Virus record (IMG/VR): IMGVR_UViG_3300028275_000006
Location: 1 to 64,000 of that record
Direction: 5' to 3' (one strand)
DNA: 64,000 bases
Shown: positions 9,907 through 21,900 of the stretch, piece after piece
How the letters are laid out: each line of letters opens with the position of its first letter
Numbering within the stretch: position 1 is the first letter of the stretch
Program-made: the position numbers and the translations under genes
The notes under the pieces: model-generated
Databases searched by the model: none
What the model was told of the DNA's origin: nothing
Seen by the model: the letters and a program-made list of their open reading frames with translations, nothing else

Positions 9907-12900
9907 ATGGCATTTACTAAAGATCAAAAAGAACCAAGTCTGCCAATCGGTACAGATACAACTAGAAGCGCGGTTAATTTTTTACCTAGATATTTTAGAA
10001 CTAGTACCAATCAGAAATTTTTAAACGGAACATTAGATCAGTTAATTTCTGTTGGCAATGTTGATAAAATTAATGCGTATATTGGTAGAAAAAATAGCAA
10101 AGCCTATGTGCCTTCGGACAACTATGTTGATGAAATATCTGTAGAACGTTCTGCCTACCAACTTGAGCCAGCAATTATTGTCAAAGATAGTTTAGAGAAT
10201 GTAACATTCTTCAGTGATTATAACGACTATATCAACCAACTTGTATATTTTAATTCTTCTGCGGTAGACCATAGCAAGATTAACAGTCAAGAGTTTTATA
10301 GTTGGAATCCTAATATAGATTGGGACAAATTTGTTAACTATAGAGAATATTACTGGCTACCAAAAGGTCCGCAGTCTATTGCAGTTAAAGGACAATCTCG
10401 TAGTATTATTAGCACATATACTGTGACTACTGTCAGCGATGTTGACAATATTGCCTATGTTTTCAGTCCAGACGGATTAACTCGCAACCCAAGTCTAAAA
10501 TTGTATAGAGGTCAAACTTATAAGTTTGATATTAATTGTCCAGGTAATGCAATCGCATTTAAGACAATCAGAGATATGGCCGATTCTTATATCTACACTG
10601 ATGGGGTTATCAGCGATACTCCTTATGTAGAAGTGGGAACTATTACTTTTACAGTTCCAGACGATGCACCAGATTTATTATATTACGTTAGTGCTAACAA
10701 TATTAATACATCTGGATTCTTTAAAATTTATGATATTGCCGAGAATACATTTATCGATGTCGAAAAAGAAATACTAGGAAAGAAAACATATAATATTGAC
10801 GGTACAACAGAGTTGTCCAACGGTATGAAAGTTTATTTTATAGGTAATGTTACTCCGGCGAAGTATGCTACAGACAACTGGTATGTTGAAGGTGTAGGTG
10901 ATAAAATTAGATTAATTGCAGAGTTTGATTTACAAACTCCATCATCTTTTGCCTTAGACAGCGACATCGAATTTGATACAGAAAACTTTGATACACAAGG
11001 TTTTGATGTTAATAGTAACTATCCTGCGGAAAAAGATTATATCACTATCAGCAGAGCAAGCAGAGATAGAAATCACTGGTCGAGATATAACCGCTGGTTC
11101 CATCGTTCAGTCATAGAAGCCAGTGCAACATATAATAATCAACCTGTTGAAATAGATCAGACTGCTAGAGCTAAACGACCTATTATTGAATTTAAACCAG
11201 ACTTACAATTATGGAATTTTGGACGTCAGGCAAAGCGTAGCGTTGATTTAGTTGACTTGTATACTAAAGATGCGTTTTCGACTGTTGAAGGTAGTATAGG
11301 TTATAATATTGACGGTGTATTATTACTAGAAGGCATGCGTGTTCTGTTTGCCGCTGATACTGATGCCATTGTAAATGGTCGTATTTTTAAAATTGGATTT
11401 ATTACACACCTTGGTGTTAAGAGAATTACACTATTAGAAGAAACAGATACTACTCCTATTGACGGTGAAACTGTACTAGTTACAGACGGCGACAATTTTA
11501 AAGGAAAAATGTTCCACTATTCTAGTGGTGCGTGGGTAGAGAGTCAGGACAAAACAGCAGTTAATGTTGCACCATTGTTTGATGTAGTTGATGTAAACGC
11601 CACAAGTTTTGGAGATAGAACAACTTATATTGGTTCTTCATTTATCGGATCTAAAGTTTTTAGTTACCAGCCAGGCGACACATATGATAATATTTTAACA
11701 CAAAATATTTCTTATAGAAACATTGGTAATATTGGAGATATTGTTTTTGACTTCAATTTACAAAAAGATTCATTTACCTATCAAGGCGAAGTTGAACTTA
11801 TCACACGAGTGCTTGACCGAGGGTATCTTCGAATTAATGATAGTCTTTCAGACTATAGACTTGTTAATGGATGGGTCAAATCTGAGTTTCAAACAAAACA
11901 ACCGGTTATACGACAAATCAATGTCCAGGCAGATTTGTTAAATTTATTCCCTATTGACGTCTATGCAAAGAGCGGAATGTTAGACGACTTAGATGTTAAG
12001 GTTTTTGTTAACAATAAGAAACGTACAGATTATGAAATTTACAGACAAAATAGTATTGCTTACATTCAGTTTACCGCAGATTTAACTGTAGACGATGTTG
12101 TAGTTATAGAAACAATGTCTTCTGCTACTAAATTAGATAACATCGGATATTATAAATTCCCAAGTAATCTTGAAAGCAACCCGCAAAATTTAAGTTTAGA
12201 AGATTTGACCTTAGGTCAAATTTCTAATCATTTAAAAACTATTTCAGAAAATTTTGTTAAGTTTGAAGGTAACATTCCAGGCATTAGTAATCTGCGCGAC
12301 CTAGGAAACATATCAGGATATGGTACACAGATAGTTCAGCATTCTGGACCTTTAGCACCAATCATGTATAGTTTTACAAATAAAAACGTTAACATTATTA
12401 AGAGTTTGCGTTATGCCAGAGACGAATATTCTAAATTCAAACGTAATTTAATTAGAACTGCAACTACATATGGTTACGATGGTATAACTCGTACACATTT
12501 AGATTTGGTGCTTAAAGAAGTAACCAAAGATAAAACAGTCGAGTCTCCATTTTATCTAAGCGACATGGTTCCGTTTGGAGTTAATTTTGTCTATGAACAA
12601 GAAGTTATTGATAATTCCTTCACTGATTATCCACTGACATTCGATTTTAATTTAGACGAAGCAAGTTCTAAAGCAGTAATGGTATATGTCAACGATGATC
12701 TTTTACTGCACGGCAGAGATTACATTTTCGTCAATACAAGTTTTGTTAGAATATTATCTGCAATACAAACTGGCGATATATTAAAAATTTATCAATACGA
12801 TCAAACTGCGGGCTGTTGTGTTCCACCGACTCCTACTAAGTTAGGATTGTATCCATTGTTTGAACCAAAGATTTTTGTCGATAACACTTATGTTACTCCT

Positions 12901-15900
12901 ACAAAAGTTATACAAGGTCACGACGGTAGTATTACTGTTGCATTTTCAAAACCAGATGAGCCAAATGAATTTAGAGACGAGTTATTACTAGAATTAGAAA
13001 CACGTATCTATAATAATATTAAAATTCGTTACAATCCAGAATTGTTTAATCTTGATACATTAATGACTGGATATTTTAGAAATGCCGATATTACTGTTGA
13101 CGAATTGAATTCTACACTAAGACAAGAGTTCTTAAACTGGACTAGTTTAATCAACGACGATTATACTAAACACAGTTTCTTTGATAGAAACGAGCCGTTT
13201 ACTTATAACTATAAGTCATTTGCTGACCCGCAAGGAAATCCGTTGCCAGGTTTCTGGAGAGGAATATACAAATATTTCTACGATACAGATCGTCCGCACA
13301 CACATCCATGGGAGATGTTAGGATTCAGTATTAAACCAAAATGGTGGGAGACTACCTACGGTCCAGCACCTTATACTAAAGATAATTTATTACTATGGAA
13401 TGACCTAGCAGAAGGCCTTGTAAGAGCTCCGGGTCAGTTACCAACACGAAACAGTTTATATGCTAGACCTGAATTGTTAAAATATGTACCTGTTAATGCG
13501 TCAGGAGAATTAATTGACCCACTAACTGTTGGACTAGTTTCAGATTTTGTTTCAGTCTTTACAGAAAAAGAATTCACTTTTGGCGATCAAACACCTATTG
13601 AAACAGCGTGGAGACGTAGCAGTCATTACGCATTTTCTTTAATTACTGCACTTACTCTATTACGTCCTGCAAAAATGTTTGCTTTAGGATTTGATAGAAT
13701 TCGCCAGTACAGAGATCAAACAGGACAAATTGTTTATAAACTTCCTACAGGTAACTTGAGATTTAATACCACAAATATGGTATTCCCAAGTACTGTTAAA
13801 GACAGCACAAGAGTGTTTACCAGCGGACTAGTAAACTATTTGTCAGACTATGGTATTAGCAAATCGTTTGCAATACTTGACAATTTTAAATCAGACTTAA
13901 CTTCTTTACAAGTAAAAATTTCCAGCAAATTAGCCGGCTTTACTACTAAAGAAAAATTTAAATTAATTTTAGATAGTCGTAGTCCTTTGAATGAAGGCAA
14001 TGTATTCATTCCTCAGGAAAACTATAACATTATTTTAAACTCTAGCACACCAGTTACTACTATTAACTATAGCGGTGTAATTATTGAAAAAACAACCAGC
14101 GGCTTTGTTATTAAAGGTTACGATAAATCTATACCAGAATTTAAGTATAAAAAAGCTCTGGATACAGTATCGGACCCGATAATCAATGTGGGCGGAATCT
14201 CTGAAACTTATATTGACTGGAATTCAAATAAATTCTACAGCAAAGGTCAAATTGTTAAGACAGATCAAAACTATTTTAGAGTTACTGTAGCGCATACAAG
14301 TACTACGGCATTTGAATCAAAGTATTTTGTTAAACTGCCATATCTACCAATTGTTGGCGGACGTCAGATTGTAATAAGAAGAAATTTTGAAAAATCTGTA
14401 AGCACATTACACTACGGCGCAGAATTAAGAACAGTACAAGAAGTCGTTGATTTCTTATTAGGTTACGGAAAATATCTAACAGATGCAGGTTTCACATTTG
14501 AATATTTTAATCCTAATTTAAAAACAGTCACAGACTGGCAAACCAGTGCCAAAGAGTTTGCGTTTTGGACTACACAAAACTGGGCCGAAGGTTCGATTAT
14601 TACTGTAAGTCCTGCCGCAGAAGAATTGATTTACAGACAAGATTATGCTGTAGTTGACAGCATTTACGATCCTTTCTATGAATATAGCCTATTCAAACAA
14701 GACGGCGTAGAATTAGAACCAAGTTTTACTAATAGCATTCGTGAAAATAATAGTTTTAGTCTGCGACCAAAAAATACAGCAGACGGTTTATATCATGCTA
14801 CATTGAATCTTGTACAAAAAGAACACGTTTTAATTTTAGATGACACTACAATTTTTAATGACATTATCTACGATCAAGTACAGGGCTATAGACAAGAACG
14901 TATTAAAGTAGTTGGATATAAAATTAGCGACTGGACAGGCGACTTTAGTATTCCAGGGTTTGTCTACGACCGTGCAGTTGTTTCAGAATGGACAGCATGG
15001 AAAGACTATGCCTTAGGTGAAACTGTAAAATACAAAGAATTTTATTATAGTGCCAGAACAAATGTTCCAGGTACAGAATTGTTTGACGACAATAATTGGT
15101 ACAGACTAGATGGAAGACCACAAAGTAAATTAATTCCTAACTGGGATTATCGTGCTACACAGTTTGAAGATTTTTATGATTTAGATACAGATAGTTTTGA
15201 TGTTGACCAACAAAAGTTTGCTCAACATTTAATCGGCTATCAAAAGCGCCAATACCTTGAGAATATTATTAATGATGATGTAAGTCAGTACAAGTTCTAT
15301 CAAGGTATGATTCAAGAAAAGGGTACACAAAACAGTTTATCTAAATTGTTTGACGCACTAAACTATGCAAACACAGATAGTTTAGAATTCTTTGAAGAGT
15401 GGGCAATTCGCTTAGGACAATACGGTGCCAGCGGTGGCTACGAGGAAGTAGAATATATTCTTAATGAAGAAAAATTCTTAATTAACCCACAGCCAATTGA
15501 ATTAGTAAATGCAGTTCCGTTTGGAGTGAACGATTTTGTTTATAGAATTACTCAGGATCAAGTTTACTTAAAACCTGACGACTATACACACGAGCCGTTC
15601 CCAGTACTAGCATCTCAGAAAGAATATATTAGAACTGCGGGCTATGTTAACTATGAAGACGTTGACTACATTATTTCTTCTAAAGATGAATTCGCCAACT
15701 ACAATATTAAAAATCTTGTAGAAGGTACATATTTCTGGTTAGGATTTGATAACAGTTCTTGGAATGTTTATAGATTTACTAATTTCGCTAAGTCTGTTAA
15801 GAGTGTATCAGAAGGTACTAACTTAAGAATTACTCTTAATACTAAACTACCTGTAGATATAGAAGTTGGATCTTATATTGGAATTAATAATACTAATGCT

Positions 15901-18900
15901 TCGTTAGAAGGCATTAAACAAGTATTAGATACAGGCTTAAACTGGTTTGAAATAACCATGCCTGCTAATTTAGATACTGCGGCAATTGCAGAAATTAATT
16001 TATTTTTAAACATTAATTTGTTTAAATTTACTCCACAACGACTATCGTCAATTAACGATTTAAATTCCTTGCCTGTTTCTGCTAAGAAAAATAATGAAAT
16101 AGTATGGACAGACGGAGTCAACAATGCTTGGAGTGTCTGGAAGTTTGCTAAAACATACACTAGCACAAAAATCACTAGTGAAGAAAATTATTTTGGAAAA
16201 GTTATTGCGGTTGATAACACAGAAACAGTATTGGCAGCAACATCAACAAATGCAGTTTTGTTCTACAGCAGACCTACATCGACATTTGGATGGGCGTTCC
16301 AGGATTCTATTTTCCCATTATCGACAGAAACATTTACCGACACTAACGGAAGTTTCGGTGATAGTTTATGCTTTAATGCCGACGGATCTTACTTATTTGT
16401 AGGCGCACCGCGTTACGGTATTACATCTGAACCAGGTGCTCTACCAACAGATCCTCCAATCATTACAGAAGTGGATATTGGTTATGTGGCACAGTACACA
16501 AAAAATATCTACGGCAGTTACGAATTTACAAGAGTAATTCAAAGTGCTACACCAACACAGTTCCAATATTTTGGACAGAAGATACAGGTAAATGGAAATG
16601 TATTATACATTGTTTCTAAAGGCAATGGATCTTCAGTTCCAGCAGCCGTGTCTGCGTATAACTTAACAACAAACACTTTCCTAGCAACACTAACTCTACC
16701 AACAGGTATTAGTATAACTGACATAGATATTAGTTCGAGCAATATTGTAGCAATATCTAAAAATGACGAATCTGTTTTAGTTGTTCGTTTAGCAGGAACA
16801 GCCTTTACAACAGTACAAGAAATCAATGTTAGCGATTTTACATCACTAGAAGTTTTAGAAACAGGTAGTAATTTTGGCACATCTGTAGCAATTACAAAAG
16901 ATTCAACTTTTGTTGCTGTTGGTGTACCAGGGTATTCAGGCGTAGCATCTAATCAAGGAGCAGTTGCACTATTCAAATTAAATGCTTCAACATACGTTGC
17001 TGATGATTTTATTACAAGTCCGCTAAACCAAGACAGTGAAAAATTTGGATATAGAGTAAGATTTAATCTAGACAATGATAGATTAGTAATTTATAGTTAC
17101 GGTGGTAGTCAAACAATTGAAACAATAATTGACTCCGGCGAAACAACATTTGATTTAAATGTAACTACATTTATCGAAGAACAAGAATTTACTGGCAGTG
17201 TTCGTGTTTATGAAAAATACGACGCCAAGTTCTTAATCGGCGACGAATTAGAACCAACAGCAGTTTCTGGAATTAACTACGGCGATGCGTTTGTTGTAGC
17301 AAGAAAAATTTATATTAACGATCAAACATCGATTAACGGATCATTCCATGAGTTTTCTGGAAGCACTAAATCTTGGACTAAGTTCCGCGAACCGGAACCT
17401 AGTGTTAACTTATCTAAGATTAAATCATTGTTCTTATATAATACAAGAACAAACAGCGTAGTTGCCAACTTAGATTTTATCGATCCAATTACAGGAAAGA
17501 TTTTAGGAATCGCTGAACAAGAATTAACATTCAAAACATACTACGATCCAGCAATATATACAGTTGGTGTAGAATCTGTAGTAGTAGATTTACTAATGGG
17601 ATGGACAACACCTCATGTTGGTAAATTATGGTGGGATCTCAGCACTATTAAATTTGCTAATCCCCTACAAGGATCTATTGTATATAAAGCCAACACTTGG
17701 AATAATGTCTACAATGATTCCACTGTGGATATCTACGAATGGGTAGAATCTGAATACACACCGAGCGAATGGGATTCGTTAGCAGATACTGAAACTGGAC
17801 TAGCATTAGGTATTAGCGGAACATCTAAGTACGGCGACCTTGCATACAGTATTAAACAAAAATATGATACTATAAGCAAAACATTTACCAACACTTATTA
17901 TTTCTGGGTTAAAAATAAAACTACAGTACCTGACGTTACCTTTAGAAAAACGTCTGCCAGCGATGTTGCAAATTTAATATCCAATCCTAAAGGTCAGGGC
18001 ATTCAGTATGCTACTTTATTAGGTAAAAATCAATTTGCATTAGTGAACTGCAAAGGATTAATCACAGGCAAAGATGTTGCACTAAATGTTCGTTACTGGA
18101 CAGTGAATAATACTGAAAACAATATTCATGCACATTATCAGTTATTAGCAGAAGGAAACACTAATAAAAAACTTAACAAGTATGTTGAACAGAAATGGTT
18201 TGACAGTTTAATCGGTTACGATATCAACGGCGCAGAAGTGCCAGATCCTAGATTGCCTGCTAAATTGAAATACGGTATTCTAAACAAACCTCGTCAAGGT
18301 ATGTTTGTTAACAGACTTGAAGCTCTAAAACAATTTATAGAGCGTGTTAACTCTGTATTAATACAACGTGCAATTATTGACGACTTTGATTTTACAGCAT
18401 TAAACTCTAAAGAAGAACCTCCGACTGAATTATCAGGAAAGTACGATATTGCAATCGACAGTCAAAGTCAAATACGTTTTGTTGGCTCTACAGGATTTAT
18501 TCAAGCCACTGCTGTTCCGGTAGTAGAAGCAGGAAAGATTGTACGTGTTGTAGTTACAAATCCAGGCCGTGGATATAAAATTGCTCCAGAAATTATAGTT
18601 AATGGTGCAGGCACTGGCGTAAAATTAACAGCAAAGATTAACACTATTGGCGAAGTTACTGGTGTAACAGTTGATAACTTTGGCCGAGATTATTTAGATT
18701 CTACTACATTGTATATTAGACCATTTACAATTTTAGTCAACAATGATGAAACAGCGGCTAATAAATGGAGTTTATACATTTGGGATAGTGTCAAAGGCGA
18801 CTGGTTCAGATCAAAAACTCAAATTTATGATGTAACCAAGCATTGGGATTATGCCGACTGGTATGCCGATGGCTACAGCGCATTTACTAAAGTTGACCAT

Positions 18901-21900
18901 TTAGTTGACTTCTCATATGAAATGAGTTTCATAGATATTGCTGTAGGCGATTTAGTAAAAATTAAAAATGAAAAATCTGGTGGTTGGATTCTTTTAGAAA
19001 GAATTAATACACTAGTTACAGATAACATTTCTTTAAATTACACAACAGTAGGTCGTCAAAACGGAACAATCCAATTCAATAGTAATTTGTACAAGTTTAC
19101 AAATAGTAATATTGGATTTGATAGTTTTACCTATGATGGCGATGTATACGACGACGAACCAAAAGAAGAATTAAGAATTATTCTCGATGTCATTAAAAAT
19201 AATTTATTAATAGACGATTTAGAAGTAGAGTATAATAAGTTATTCTTTGCAAGTCTGCGTTACGTATTCTCAGAACAAACATTTGTTGATTGGGCATTTA
19301 AGACTTCGTTCGTTAAGAGTCAACACAACCTTGGCGAATTAAAACAAAAAGTTAATTATAAAAATGACAATCTTGCTAGTTACGAAGAATACATTAATGA
19401 AGTAAAACCTTACAGAACTAAAGTTAGAGAATTTATCAGCAATTACACAGCAACTGATAATACATATACAGGAACTACAGACTTTGACCTTCCAGCACGT
19501 TATGATACTGAAGAAGGAAAAATTCTTCCGTTTGATGTAAAAGTCAATAATTCTGTAATTACATATAACTCATCTGCAATATTAAATGCACCATACAGTG
19601 ATTGGTTAGATCATGCTGGATATCGTGTTACAGAAATTGTTGTTGTTGACGGTGGCTCAGGATACCAAGCCGCACCTGCTGTTGAAGTAGTTGGTGTGTG
19701 CAAAACTAAAGCCACTGCTAAAGCGTATATTTCACAAGGATCAGTAACAAAGATTGCAGTAGAAACTAAAGGAGAAGGTTACCTAACTACACCTACTATA
19801 GTTATTAGCGGATCAGTTGGCGCAAGCGGAGTAACAGCCAAGGCTACAGCAATTCTTGGAGAAGGCGTTACAAGAACAAACACCATTGGTGTTAAATTTG
19901 ACAGAATTATTCCGGAGTATCAAGTAAGTTCTATTACAATGTCGCAGACATTCGATGGTACAGGATCTAGAACATTGTTCCAGTTAAACTGGCCTATTGA
20001 TATTAGAACAAACAAGACTGCGGTAACAGTATCTAACGAAGAATTATTGTCTAGTGATTTTACAGTTTATAATAAGAAAGATACTTCGTTAGGATATACA
20101 CGTTATATTGGTATATTAGAGTTATCTACTGCGGCAGAAGTTGGCAGTTCTAATATTACTGTAACTTATACTAAAGATATAAGACTTCTTACAGCCGCAG
20201 ATAGAATTCAATATTACTATAGTCCAATAACAGGACAGATTGGTAAAGACCTAGGACAGTTAATGTCTGGAGTTGACTACGGCGGCGTTGAAATTACAGG
20301 GCTAGGATTTGAAATAAGTTCTGGTTGGGACGGACTTCCATGGTTTACTGCTGGCTGGGACGACTTCGATGAAGATTATACAGACTTTTTAGTTGTATCA
20401 GATGGTACAACACGTTCTTATAATCTGCCATATATTCCTGCAGATGGAGAACAGATTAACGTTTATATTAATGGTGTAAGAATTGATGACATTAATTATG
20501 ACGTTTACACCAGTGCCGAAACTGCATATAATACCGCAGCCGCATTATTAGAAGTTTATACTGCTGAAGAGATTGCTCTACAAGCAGATAAAGACGCTAA
20601 AGAAATAACAGTTAATTCTCTAACACAAGAGCTTATTGATACACAGGCAGTTATTGCTGACTTACAAGCACAGTTAGAAATTACCTCCCCAAGCGATCCT
20701 TTATACTTTGCTTTACAAACTACATTGGCAGAAAATCAAGCACAGGAAACACAGTTAATTTCAGACTTGACCATTGCCCAAGGCGAACTAGACGATGCAG
20801 AAGCATTACTAACAGCCAAACAAGTACAAGTGGCTAACAAAACTCTTGATGTTGCCGCAAAGTTAGCAACATTAAATGCAACCGATGAAATTACAAATCC
20901 AGATGCACAGATGCAGACATTTGTAGGAGACGGAAGCACTGATACTCCTATAGTCATTCCTGCATACGTAGATGTAAACAGCGGAGATACTATTATCTTC
21001 CGTAAGAGTACCAGCGATGGTAGTTTTAGACCAAACCAGCAATATTTAGACTCTGAAATCAGCGGCGGAGATTTTACATATACTACTGCCCGAGGCATTC
21101 GTGCAGAAGACATCAATCTTGACGGCGACAATTTTGTAACACCAACTAACAGCCATGCACCGGAAGAAGTAGTTACGGGACAGGTTGTAGACTCTGTAGC
21201 AATTACAGTCTACCATACTGTAGAAGACGGTACACCTATTATTGTCACAAGACATTATATAACAACAGAGCCAGAAAACGAGTTCTTAATTGGACAGCGT
21301 CCAAACAGCACTCAAGCGGCAGTTGTTAAATTAAACGGATTAATTAAAAAGCAAGATGTAGATTATACACTAAATTACGCTATGCAAAAAGTTGTGTTCC
21401 CAACTAACTTGCCTGTGGGCAGTGAAGTTGTGATTACTTCTATGAGCAAAAACGGTACAAGCATTCTTGATTCCGATTCATTTACTGGCGATGGTGTTTC
21501 TGTAGATTTTGTAACAGTAGCACGTTGGGATGGAGATTATTCTGCACTAGTTACTGTTAACGGTGTACCAGCCACAGTAACAACATTTGTAACAGATAAT
21601 ACTTACAGCGAAGTTGGAAACATTGGAATTAGATTTGCTACAGCACCAGTCAATACGGCAATTATCGACTACACGATTATTGGTACAGCATTAAACACAG
21701 TAAGTCGTGTTTCAACAGAAACTGTTGTTTATGACGGCACAAGTCAGGTGTATAGTTTAACAAATACACCGGCCAACTTACGTCCGTTTGATAATAACGT
21801 ATTAGTTGAATATGCTGGAAGAATTTTACGTCCGGCAGATACTGTTTATTTTGATGTCGTAGGAACAGTTCGTACTTACACAGTAAGCACAGTTGACTAT

